From: a virus
Lineage: Duplodnaviria > Caudoviricetes
IMG/VR virus record: IMGVR_UViG_3300035544_000029
Coordinates: 1-48,387 of that record
DNA: 48,387 bases
Strand: one strand, 5' to 3'
Part shown: in pieces, positions 18,072 to 27,900 of the stretch
Layout: the number at the start of each line of letters is the position of its first letter
Position numbering within the stretch: position 1 is the first letter of the stretch
Program-made: the position numbers and the translations under genes
The notes under the pieces: generated by a model
The model's database searches: none
What the model was told of the DNA's origin: nothing
Seen by the model: the letters and a program-made list of their open reading frames with translations, nothing else

Positions 18072-18137
18072 ATTTTATCTATTATTTAAAGTTTTGTGTT
18101 TCTAATCCGCTACTGCACATAGCCGTAGCCGTTATAC
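18008..18137 (+). repeat. attC-like hairpin E
   Basis: CACTAAC-at-cggctatatgcaatagcgg ... ccgctactgcacatagccg-tagcc-GTTATAC; agcactgccactaac is 14/15 complementary to the cassette start gttagtggcaatgct (17249). Confidence 0.88.
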
Positions 18138-18184
18138 ACCCACAAACATATTAAGATTACGCACACAATACAACACAAAAATAT

Positions 18185-18529
18185 TTAACTATTGTTAAGA
18201 ATTCCTACATACTCAGCAACGGCTTCATAAACAGCGATTATCGGGTCTTCATTCTCTATACCAATATCAACTCCCATTCCTGTGATTAAACAAACTGTTG
18301 TATCCGAACCAATACTGACAGAGACTACGCATCCATCTGACGCCACAGCATCTACCACAGCCATTAAATCCTCCCATTTGCCATAAGGGGCATAGATTGT
18401 GGCACTGTCAAAGTCCATATATCCATCCTCTTCTGTTCTCCACCATGTGAACCCATTAGCGGAGTCAATTTTTGCTACAGGAATCCCCATGTAGTCTGCA
18501 ATCATCTTTGTTCTTTCCATGGCTTTCAC
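18185..18529 (-). CDS. hypothetical protein
   Basis: IADYMG...W..LM.VV...YEAV.EY pattern. Confidence 0.65.
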   Translation of the reverse strand: MKAMERTKMIADYMGIPVAKIDSANGFTWWRTEEDGYMDFDSATIYAPYGKWEDLMAVVDAVASDGCVVSVSIGSDTTVCLITGMGVDIGIENEDPIIAVYEAVAEYVGILNNS

Positions 18530-19803
18530 TCTTCAAAATAATAAGGAATAGGAATTTTTATTTGTGACCCTCGGTCTATATTGTAGAACCGGAATCCAGA
18601 CTTCGTGTTCTTGAAATTTGTCTTTACCCAATTACTCGGAGGGCTAAATGACGGATAGGAATAGTAACAAAAGTCATTGCTTGTAGTATCGTCAAATACA
18701 GCTTGGTGTGAGTCTCCCTTGCTAAATTCAATGAAGTTGCCGTTATATAACCCATGTTCCTTACAATATTGGTCTATCTTCTCGGCTTGTTTGGCATCCA
18801 GGAATGGCTTAAATCCGAATTTTAGGTTTTTGCTGTCCTTACCATGGGATAACAGGAATGTGTGTTTGCCTACCACGTAGTGATTGATGAATCTTTTGAA
18901 GTTGTTTATTGAGACCCTCTTTCCGTATTTAGCTTCCCCTATTTTTTTGAATGACGAAGCCACAAAGTATCCGAACACGGATGCGTGATTATCCTCTGTG
19001 ATATTGTTGCAAATGATATAATCATAGTATTGGGACAAATTATCTAATAAAGATATTTTAAAGTCCAACGCAACATCAAAGGCTTCTTTGCTATTCATGT
19101 TTTGAGGGAGAGAGTGTTCACTCCTTGCTGTCTTCCCGTTTAGCCCGTCAAGAAAATCCCCTAAATCGTCAATATAAAGCACATTTGACGACTTGAATGC
19201 TAATACATGGGCAATCATATCATCGAGACGAGAAAACAGCTTATTCCTATCCCAAATTGAATCATATAGAGGGTCACCATCATCATTGACATCCATGGCT
19301 ATGTGAACGTCTGAATAAACTAATCTATCAAACCATCTGTCATTAGGAGCTGTTGTTATGACCCTCGGCTTCGTAACAGCCTTTAGATGCTTTTCAACAA
19401 TAGTGTCTAACTCATCCTCAATGTTATTTACCATATCTTCTTCCGGCGTATAAAAAACAATGTTATACGTCATGTGAGCGGACTGGTGTGAAACGAGTTT
19501 GGATGATTTTACTGATTCAAAAGGAAGGCCGTATTTCTGACAAAACTCTTCTATGCTAAGGAATTTATTCTGTTGGGCATCCCATGCAGAGGGTAAATCA
19601 GAAAAATAATCGTTTGGCTTGGTAGTGGTGGTCTCTTCCGGGGTGCTGTCAGATGTCTCAAACCACCATTGTCCGTAAACGGGTCTTTTTTTGGAAACAG
19701 ATTTGCTTATTGCAGCGTGTGTGATGTCAAGCTCTCGTGCGGCCTGACGCATAGATTCGTAACGGCCAATAACCTCGCCGTTAGAGTTTTTTTGTAGTAT
19801 CAT
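18526..19803 (-). CDS. NUMOD1-like domain fused to a metallophosphoesterase-like domain
   Basis: N-terminal YES..QAAREL.I....IS; SDVHI, LGDFLDG, DNH, SHG, GDSH. Confidence 0.75.
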   Translation of the reverse strand: MILQKNSNGEVIGRYESMRQAARELDITHAAISKSVSKKRPVYGQWWFETSDSTPEETTTTKPNDYFSDLPSAWDAQQNKFLSIEEFCQKYGLPFESVKSSKLVSHQSAHMTYNIVFYTPEEDMVNNIEDELDTIVEKHLKAVTKPRVITTAPNDRWFDRLVYSDVHIAMDVNDDGDPLYDSIWDRNKLFSRLDDMIAHVLAFKSSNVLYIDDLGDFLDGLNGKTARSEHSLPQNMNSKEAFDVALDFKISLLDNLSQYYDYIICNNITEDNHASVFGYFVASSFKKIGEAKYGKRVSINNFKRFINHYVVGKHTFLLSHGKDSKNLKFGFKPFLDAKQAEKIDQYCKEHGLYNGNFIEFSKGDSHQAVFDDTTSNDFCYYSYPSFSPPSNWVKTNFKNTKSGFRFYNIDRGSQIKIPIPYYFEE

Positions 19804-19864
19804 AAAAGGGTTGTTTTGTTTGCATGGCCCTAAGTTACAAAAAATTATGAGAATTAATTAAATA

Positions 19865-19919
19865 CAATAACAGTTTTGTGAAACGGAGCGTAAAACGACA
19901 GCACATAAAAGCATTAGCA
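19865..19919 (+). repeat. decayed short attC-like hairpin
   Basis: CAATAAC...gtg...gtaaaacgac...cac...ATTAGCA; attagcattaatac complements gtaccaatgctaac at 20358-20371. Confidence 0.45.
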
Positions 19920-19930
19920 TTAATACTACG

Positions 19931-20329
19931 TTAGTACTCATAATCAACACCAAGCAATATAAAATCTACAGATTCAGAGTAGTATCCGTTACTTTCGCCA
20001 TACCATCTAATATCTACATATCCTTTGATTGTTGCGAATTTGTAATAAGTCCAAGTACAAGAACCCCACTCATCCGCTTCTTTTGTTCGTTCAACATCTT
20101 CTTTAGAAGTTGGCTGGTAATTAGAAACTTCTTCCGCTTTTAGTATTGGACTTCCAACTAAATCTTGTAAGTCACCAACTATATCTTCAATCGAAACACT
20201 TTCGCAACAATCTTGTCCGTGATACATTTTATATTGCTTTCCATCTTCGCAAGTAAATATTATCTCGTCATTGCCTTTGTTTTCTACTTTAGTAAGTGTT
20301 TTGCCAATCAATTCTTTTAATCTTTCCAT
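19931..20329 (-). CDS. conserved phage hypothetical protein (cassette-borne)
   Basis: [26 protein letters not shown]...[24 protein letters not shown]. Confidence 0.8.
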   Translation of the reverse strand: MERLKELIGKTLTKVENKGNDEIIFTCEDGKQYKMYHGQDCCESVSIEDIVGDLQDLVGSPILKAEEVSNYQPTSKEDVERTKEADEWGSCTWTYYKFATIKGYVDIRWYGESNGYYSESVDFILLGVDYEY

Positions 20330-20364
20330 TTTATTTAAGTTTTGTATTTGTGAATTTGTACCAA

Positions 20365-20417
20365 TGCTAACAATGTGTACCAGGCATTAAAACGACTTGT
20401 TACACTCAGCGTTATCA
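20365..20417 (+). repeat. short attC-like hairpin F (53 bp)
   Basis: TGCTAAC-aat-gtgtaccagg-CATTAAAACGA-cttgttacac-tcagc-GTTATCA. Confidence 0.75.
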
Positions 20418-21323
20418 AATCTTAGCATCCTTACATATATCTTTTAAGGCGCAACTCCGACACAATGACTCAGAGGGTCTTGCCTCAAATTCGCTATTCA
20501 TAGCATCCTTTACTCTCCTTACAGACTCTTGCACCAATGCTTCCAATAGCACTTCCCTTTGTGCATTCCATTGGTATTCATATTTGGCAAGCTGTCCGTC
20601 CATATCGGCTTTCCCTATCCCGGCTACGAAGAACCAAAAATTTATTTCTTCTTCGTCAATAGGGGTGTTATACAGACCCTCTAACTTATCGCTTTGCTCG
20701 GGATTAAATCGCTGTAAAAAATCCAATGGCTGGTCTTTATACCTCCTTGCGATAAAATGATAAAATAGGGGCTGATTCTTGACAATTTTGGCATAATCTC
20801 CCCAACAATGATTGCAAGCAGTCCTTACCCACTTATCCGCAATAGAAAAGAAGTCGCTGTAAATGTCTTTTGTCGTCTTTACATCTACTATGGAGAGAAT
20901 ATTGTTGACTAATACAGGGAATAAATCAAATTCTCCTTTTAGCCATATATGGGGTCTGTATTGGGCTATTAGCCTTACTTGTGTGTTGGAGGGGTTAATG
21001 CGAATACCATGGGCATACATATATCCATACAATCTATCCATCTGCCGCTCTATGCGTGTTTGGGCGACCCTCTTTGTGCCATCGTTTTTACGAGGTAGGT
21101 CTTCTACTTTTTCCCCTTGGGCACTGCTTCCGAGTAAGAGGGTCTCAGCATAAAGACCCTCCAACATAGGCAGCGTAGGACTTCGTGGATAATCCTCGGC
21201 AATGTATTTGTGATAATAACGCTTGGGGCAGAAGTCTATTTCTTCCACCTGATCGTCAATTACAAATACTCCGAGTTCTTTTGTTTCGGATTGTGAGAGT
21301 ATTAAATTGTTATTTTTTATCAT
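20415..21323 (-). CDS. PD-(D/E)xK (Cas4/RecB-like) nuclease
   Basis: FCPKR, GEFDL, IVDVKT, Q..FY, C-terminal CRSC.....C. Confidence 0.75.
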   Translation of the reverse strand: MIKNNNLILSQSETKELGVFVIDDQVEEIDFCPKRYYHKYIAEDYPRSPTLPMLEGLYAETLLLGSSAQGEKVEDLPRKNDGTKRVAQTRIERQMDRLYGYMYAHGIRINPSNTQVRLIAQYRPHIWLKGEFDLFPVLVNNILSIVDVKTTKDIYSDFFSIADKWVRTACNHCWGDYAKIVKNQPLFYHFIARRYKDQPLDFLQRFNPEQSDKLEGLYNTPIDEEEINFWFFVAGIGKADMDGQLAKYEYQWNAQREVLLEALVQESVRRVKDAMNSEFEARPSESLCRSCALKDICKDAKI

Positions 21324-21347
21324 ATTTAAGTAAAAGATAAACCCTAA

Positions 21348-21710
21348 TTATTTGGGTTCTGGTGTTGTCAAAAAATCATACAATTGCCCTGCTGTTCTCA
21401 TTGGAATTAAATTTCCATCTGCATCCCACACTTGCAATCTCAAATTTTCACTACCAAAATCAAGCTCCCAACAAAAATACGTTATCCAACTTTGGTTTGG
21501 GTCTTGCCATAAATCTACTGGCGCATCCTTCATGCTTTCTTCCAATAGTTGGATTGTAGCTTCAATTATAACATCATTGCTTGGCAATAAATTAGCTGTA
21601 CAGGCATTGGGAAATAAAATGTTAAGACCCTCGGCAAACCTGTGATCTTTTTGTATTTGAGCCTCTAATGACCTGAGGGTCTTTACAAATATTTCTTTAC
21701 TAATCATCAA
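21348..21710 (-). CDS. hypothetical protein
   Basis: WI.YFCWELDFG...LYDFL pattern. Confidence 0.7.
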   Translation of the reverse strand: MMISKEIFVKTLRSLEAQIQKDHRFAEGLNILFPNACTANLLPSNDVIIEATIQLLEESMKDAPVDLWQDPNQSWITYFCWELDFGSENLRLQVWDADGNLIPMRTAGQLYDFLTTPEPK

Positions 21711-21948
21711 ATAATGGCATTGAACTGTTCAACAATGTAATGGCCTCAACAATATCTTGCCGACTCTTTATGTGCAAATCAAATTCAACAGACAATATGT
21801 CGTCTGATACGTTTGGTAGTTCCTGAATCTCTTCTACGAGGTTTTTAAGACCCTCTAATGAGTCCTCTTCGCAAACGTGTGTTCTGTCTTCAACTTCCGA
21901 ACCATCGGTCGTATAGAAGTTTACTTTCATTCTGTGTATTCCACTCAT
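21700..21948 (-). CDS. hypothetical protein
   Basis: ORF in operon. Confidence 0.55.
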   Translation of the reverse strand: MSGIHRMKVNFYTTDGSEVEDRTHVCEEDSLEGLKNLVEEIQELPNVSDDILSVEFDLHIKSRQDIVEAITLLNSSMPLFDD

Positions 21949-21955
21949 AACATTT

Positions 21956-22156
21956 TTATTTTAGCGACGGGATTCCTCCATCGTCTCCGGTTAAAATTAT
22001 TAATATCCAAATGATAATCATCAATATTCCCATGACCACCAAAATCCATCTGGCAATGTAAGCACCCATACCCAGGCTCAATCCTATTCCAAACACCCAG
22101 AACAATGCCCACCATATCCAGAATAATACGTAATGTAATTTTGTTTTTCTAAACAT
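21956..22156 (-). CDS. small membrane protein
   Basis: two hydrophobic segments. Confidence 0.55.
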   Translation of the reverse strand: MFRKTKLHYVLFWIWWALFWVFGIGLSLGMGAYIARWILVVMGILMIIIWILIILTGDDGGIPSLK

Positions 22157-22448
22157 GACTTTTCGTTTTTGTTTGTAACAAATGTAACCTCTATCTATGT
22201 GAAAAACAAGTTAAAGATGCTTAAAAGAAGTGTATTTAACATAATGCGCCCACCTCCATTGTGGATAGATTTTAGCTTCGCTACGAACATCAGGATGGCT
22301 GTCGGGGATGTTTGATGTAAGACCCTCTGATTGGTATTTCCGTAAACACTCATTTTCGCATTTTTCTGCGAAATGAGGGAGACATTTGATTAAATCATTG
22401 TTCAATTATTAATAAATATCTATTAAATATCCAGTAAATCTTGTAAGT

Positions 22449-22545
22449 GTGTACTTTTTTTACGCCATAGTGTAGTTTTTTTACACCATTGTGTAATTTT
22501 TTTCGTCTAAGTGTATTTTTTTTACTCGGCATTGTATTTTTTTAA
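22449..22545 (+). repeat. five ~21-bp tandem repeats (iteron-like)
   Basis: GTGTAN-T(7-8) units at 22449, 22470, 22491, 22511, 22532. Confidence 0.75.
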
Positions 22546-22576
22546 AAAATGTATTGACTTGCTGCTAAAAACTCCA

Positions 22577-22584
22577 TATATTTG
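22577..22584 (+). promoter_or_regulatory. Bacteroidota -7 element TATATTTG
   Basis: consensus match 30 bp upstream of 22615. Confidence 0.6.
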
Positions 22585-22614
22585 TGACATACAAAAACAA
22601 AAAAGAAGCACGTT

Positions 22615-23340
22615 ATGAGTTATAGTAAATTCAGAAGCCTAAAAAACGGCTACAAGACATTAAAGGCAAAAGACATTGGAGGGTATGCCAAGGTAGAGTA
22701 TTCATTGATTGAGGATGAAAGGCTAAGACCGTCATTCAAATTGGTGTATGCGTACTTGCGTTCGTATATGAACCTAAAGACACAAGTATCATCCGTCTCC
22801 ATATCATTATTGATGAAAAAGACGGGTTATTCCAATGGAACTATCAATGAAGCTATAAAGTCATTAAAGAGGCATGGCATTATTGATGTGGAAAAAAGAG
22901 CGTCAAAGGTTCGTGATGATGCTTATAGTGTCTATCGTTTTAAAATTAATGATGAGCGCTTTGCTATGATTTCAAATATCTTCTTGGATTCAAGTAAACT
23001 AACATCAAAGGAAAAAGAATTTATAATCTTAATATTCCCATATATATTAGAAAATGATACGATAGGCTCTGTCTTTGAGCCAGTAACATTAACATCACTT
23101 GCAAAGAAAATCGGGCTAACAAGGGCAACCGTAAGCGATCGGATTGAATCATTGAAGTTAAAAAATCTATTGTTTGATTATTATAGTAGAAATGGAGGGA
23201 GAGAGCATTACACATTCGTAGGTTATGAATTAAACATGAAAGAAATAATGCTTGACAACACAAACCAAATAATAAAAGAAAGGAATGAATTGTATGAAAT
23301 AGTCAGAGAGAATGGAATTACTTATGAAACTAAATGTTAA
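22615..23340 (+). CDS. double-HTH protein, putative replication initiator or regulator
   Basis: two HTH-like segments (SISLLMKKTGYS..TI..AIKSL; LTSLAKKIGLTRATVS.RIESL); follows the iteron-like repeats. Confidence 0.65.
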   Translation: MSYSKFRSLKNGYKTLKAKDIGGYAKVEYSLIEDERLRPSFKLVYAYLRSYMNLKTQVSSVSISLLMKKTGYSNGTINEAIKSLKRHGIIDVEKRASKVRDDAYSVYRFKINDERFAMISNIFLDSSKLTSKEKEFIILIFPYILENDTIGSVFEPVTLTSLAKKIGLTRATVSDRIESLKLKNLLFDYYSRNGGREHYTFVGYELNMKEIMLDNTNQIIKERNELYEIVRENGITYETKC

Positions 23341-23358
23341 TCTTTAAATTTAATCAAA

Positions 23359-24138
23359 ATGGAAGAAGTAAGAAAGTTTGAGTACAATGGAAGCGAAATT
23401 ACGTTTAAGTTAGGTAATGGAGACACAATGATTAACCTAACTGAGGTTGCCAAGGCATTCCCGAGTAAAAACCTAACAAACATCCTTAACTCTAAAGAGA
23501 TGATTGAGTATTTGTTTGCTCTTGGGGGTGAAGATGATGATACCAAACTACATTTTTATAGTTTGGCTGATTCAGAGTATGTTAAAATTGTTCGAGGTGG
23601 TGTTTACAATGGAACGTGGGCGCATCAAAAAGTTGCCTTACGTGTAGCACAAAAGCTATCTCCACGTTTTGCTGTATGGGTTGATGAACGCTTAGATGAA
23701 TTAATGAGGCACGGGGCCACAGCCATCAATCCAGAAGACTTGCTGAATCCCGACTATGTAATTTCTGTTATGCAAGCCCTCAAAAAAGAACGTGAAGAGA
23801 AAGCACTTTTAGAGGCAGAAAACAGGAAGAACAAGCCACTCGTTGATTTTGCAAATACCGTGGCTGGAGCATCAGATGCAATTTCAATGGGAGAGTTTGC
23901 AAAAGTTGTGTATGACCAATCAAAAATGGGGCGTAACAAGTTGTTCCAATGGTTGCGTGAGCAAAAGATATTGGACAAGAAAAACCACCCATGTCAACGC
24001 TATATTGATAATGGATGGTTTTCTGTTCAGGAGCAGACGTACACTACGCCATACGGCAACGGCATAAACCTTAAAACTCTCGTAACGGGGAAAGGACAAA
24101 TCTCCATTATAGAAAGAGTTAAGGCAGAATTTCAATGA
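23359..24138 (+). CDS. KilA-N / antirepressor (KilAC) protein
   Basis: INLTEVAKAF, GTWAHQKVALRVAQKLSPRFAVWVD, NKPLVDFA..V...MGRNKLFQWLR...TLVTGKGQ. Confidence 0.9.
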   Translation: MEEVRKFEYNGSEITFKLGNGDTMINLTEVAKAFPSKNLTNILNSKEMIEYLFALGGEDDDTKLHFYSLADSEYVKIVRGGVYNGTWAHQKVALRVAQKLSPRFAVWVDERLDELMRHGATAINPEDLLNPDYVISVMQALKKEREEKALLEAENRKNKPLVDFANTVAGASDAISMGEFAKVVYDQSKMGRNKLFQWLREQKILDKKNHPCQRYIDNGWFSVQEQTYTTPYGNGINLKTLVTGKGQISIIERVKAEFQ

Positions 24139-24145
24139 TTCAATT

Positions 24146-24170
24146 AGAGGGGTGTTCAAGCCCCTCTTTT
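24146..24170. terminator. terminator hairpin between convergent genes
   Basis: agagggg...cccctct-ttt. Confidence 0.6.
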
Positions 24171-24184
24171 TGTTTTCTCTACAA

Positions 24185-24844
24185 TTACCTTGATTCAGCC
24201 CTTACTTCCCTTAATTTGACGGCAAATTGCCTATCCTCCGTCTTAAATTCTCTTTCCAGTTCCTGCTTGAATTTATCGTAGTAGGCATTCTGTTTCAGAA
24301 TCTTCTTGTAATGGGCTTTGCTCTTTTTTATCTTGTTATTCAAATACCGAGGGTCTTCATGCCTAATCTTAGACAAACATAGCATTTGTTCGTATAACCT
24401 CTTTAATTCTTTATTGAGGTATGGAGTAAATTCATACAATGTCTTGTTGTGCGCTCCATGTTTTTTAAAGACCCTCACAAGTTCGTGGGCAAACAGCTTC
24501 TTCATAAACTTCCTATTCCGGCGTAGTCCTAAAGAAGTCTTATTATCCCAATCATCCTTTCTGTGGTCATGTGTAAGAGTTGCAGCATATACGTCATCCA
24601 CAGTAAATGGTTGATTAGCGTGTAGCTGTATGATGACATCAAAGTCATTCAACGTAAGAAACTCGTGCCTGGTTAGAAAAATGTCTTTAACCAAAGGGAA
24701 AAACTCTAACCAAAAGAATCCTACATCCAGACGCTTCGTTCGGAATATAGCCTCCAATGAACGCCTGGAGCGTGTTCGTAAATATTTCTTGAAGGACTTG
24801 GAATAGTTGTGCCTATTGTCGTTGGCAGTGATAACTTCGTACAT
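24185..24844 (-). CDS. hypothetical protein
   Basis: 219-aa ORF with its own TAnnTTTG (24871-24878, minus strand). Confidence 0.65.
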   Translation of the reverse strand: MYEVITANDNRHNYSKSFKKYLRTRSRRSLEAIFRTKRLDVGFFWLEFFPLVKDIFLTRHEFLTLNDFDVIIQLHANQPFTVDDVYAATLTHDHRKDDWDNKTSLGLRRNRKFMKKLFAHELVRVFKKHGAHNKTLYEFTPYLNKELKRLYEQMLCLSKIRHEDPRYLNNKIKKSKAHYKKILKQNAYYDKFKQELEREFKTEDRQFAVKLREVRAESR

Positions 24845-24910
24845 ATCAATTAATTTTAAAATATATTGAACAAAGATAGCTTAAAACTTGTAAAAAAACA
24901 ATAAAAAGTG

Positions 24911-24918
24911 TATATTTG
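24911..24918 (+). promoter_or_regulatory. Bacteroidota -7 element TATATTTG
   Basis: consensus match upstream of the tail/lysis/packaging operon. Confidence 0.6.
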
Positions 24919-24938
24919 GCGAAAGTCCGTAACTGTTT

Positions 24939-27900
24939 ATGCCAAAGGTTGAAAAGTATATAGAATCTCCAAGGGTCTCCACAACAGACTTTGTGTTAGG
25001 CACTAATGACGAGGGAGAAGTAAAGCGTTTTCCGGGGAAGTATTTTATTACTTCGCTGGTTAACGAATTGCAATATCTCGCGTTGTGGCAAGACGAACGT
25101 GATGCACGCATAGAGGCGGACGACCTCCTTGGCATTCGCATAGACAACGTAGAATTGGCATATGGCACACGCATAACAGACCTCGAAAACGGCCTTGCCG
25201 GATATAAGATTGAGGTTGATGATATGCTATACGGCCCCGGAGGAATAGAAGAATCATATCAATCAGCCATAGTTCAGAAAGCAGACGAGATAAACTTGTC
25301 TGTTCAGCAGGAGTTATATGGAACAGGTGGTATTCAGGAGAGTTATCGTTCAGAGATATCTGTAGAGTCTGATTCCATCATTTCCACCGTTAATAATACA
25401 TTGTATGGCCCAGGAGGAATAGAAGAATCCTACACAAGCCAGATAACGCAATTATCAAACTCCATAGACCTTTCTATCTTTCAGAACGGAGAATTACAGG
25501 CCGGACTCCTGATAGAAAAAATCAATAATGACCCGAGCCGCATAGCATTAACGGCTGATGTTATTCAAATAGACGGCACTACATCATTCTCATCCAACTA
25601 TGACCCGTCAGAAAAGACACGTACTTTTAGAGGGTCTGTAGTCATACCCCCATATGACAACAACGATGAATGGTTTGCAGACGATGGCAATCATTATATT
25701 TGTATTAACCCAAAATCTTCAATAGAAAGCTATGACGAAAATGATTGGATATTAGCAACAAGATACGTAGGGAGTGATGAGATAAATGATTTTGTTGTTG
25801 CTGAGATAGACCCTCTAATCGGAGACATCCAACAGCAAATAGATAAGCAGCTTGTTTATTATTTCAATGACAGCACCAACCCAATAGATACGACAGGATG
25901 GGGAGCCACAGAGGTTTACAATAAGTGGTATCAGCCAGATACAGGGAATGCTTATGAGTGGCTATCAGACGGGAGTGGTGGATATGAATGGGTTGCCATA
26001 ACTGACGATGCCGTTATAGAATTGTTAGAAAGGGCTTCACAGGCGCAAGATACGGCAGATGAAAAACGCAGAGTGTTTGTTGTAGAACCTCCGGCCACGC
26101 CAACAACTCCTTATGATGAAGGAGACTTGTGGGTACAAGGGATTGATGGAGACATTCTTACGTGCGTAAATACCAAGGCTACTGGTGACTACGTAGATGG
26201 AGATTTTGCTAAGAAAAATAAATACACGGATGATACAGAGGCATTAAAAAAATCAACACGTTATATTTATGGCACAGACCCGTCATTGGATTGGGAAAAT
26301 GCCGCAGACCACGTAGCGGACGAGTGGGTTGTTCATGCAGAATTTAATGAGACAACATCTTCGTGGACGTTTTGGACTGGCTACCCAACACTCCCAACAG
26401 AACTTGATGGCAATTACATCAAGACTAACTTTGTTTGGGATGGCACGGAATGGGATATTGACGACACTCAGATAGACGGTGGGCGCATTATTACCAATAA
26501 AGTATTTGCCGAAAACATCTATGCTTCAGGCGCAACCCTTGGAGGGTTCAACATAACAGAAAACTACCTCAACTTAGGAACACAAATAAATTGGAATCCT
26601 AACTCAGCCACGGAAGGGTTGATAATGGGATTAGACACAGCAGATTCAAAGTATAAATTTTTTGTAGGTAATAACACAGACCATCTAATTTGGAATGGGT
26701 CTAACCTTATTATATCTGGATTTGCGCTAATAGGAGATTCAAGTTCTACTACCACTCTTAATGACCTTGCTCAATGGAATGATATTTTTGAAATAGTAAA
26801 TCCCGGACAGGTTAATGAGTATTTAAAGGTTAAAGCCCCTCTTGCTTCAACAGGAGAGATAGCCGCATGGTCAGGGGATTCAGAAGATTTCCCTCCGAGT
26901 ATTTGGGATAGTATGCGTATTGCTTCATCTACTTACGTTGGTGGTGTTAAATTAAGTAGTGATTTCAACATTGCTACGGACGGAACTCTAAGCATAAACG
27001 GAGATATTGGTAGTGGATTTGACGAAACATCTAATTATAGCCCATCAGGAATTTGGAACTTCACCGGAACGTTAAATTACGGAGGGAATGCCGTTGCAAC
27101 GCAAACATGGGCTAACGGACAGTTTCATCCACTTGGAGGGTCTTCCACAAACAACTTTGAAACAAACGACCTTGTCATTCACGGCACAGTTAATCACTGG
27201 GTTGGCGATGTTATCACGGTAGATGATGCACGGCTTCAACTCAATAGGACACAGGATGCCGCAACGGTTGCAAGTGGGATTGATATATACAACGGTACAA
27301 GTGTAGTGAGTTCTCTCCTGTACAGTACATCGGGCAGGTGGCAGATTGGAGGGCAAAATATTGCTACTGAGAGTTGGGTAGGTAATGGGTATTTGCCTTT
27401 ATCGGGAGGAGTATTGTCAGAAGGTTTGACAGTTGGATCATCAAGTAATTACCCTCAGATCGTATTTGGTGGAGATAATAGAATTCTTTTTAGGGCAGGC
27501 GATCTCTTGAGATACAGATATAATGGAACTGACGATGGTATAATTTGGCATTCTGGAAATGATGGCTCTGGTAGTGGTTTAGATGCAGATAAACTGGATA
27601 ATTTAGATTCAAGTCAGTTTTTGAGAAGTGACACAAATGATGTGGTAAATGGGCAATTAGATTTTAATGCTAAAGTCCGTTCAGCTTCAAGATATGGAAT
27701 GTTTGGTAATTATGATTCAAACTATGTACAAGGTATTTGGAGTATTGATACAGGTTATTCAATTAGTAAAACTAATAATGATTTTGGCAGTCAATTCGGT
27801 ATTACATACGCTCATACAAACGCAGGTACAAGTGGATTAAAAAAACCTATTACTGGTTGGGGACATCAAATTTTATTTACAAGTAATGGAGAAAGAAATA

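Noticed and set aside
22449-22545. CRISPR array
   Set aside because: The units are ~21-bp degenerate tandem repeats without unique spacers; the Cas4-like nucleases here are stand-alone phage enzymes.
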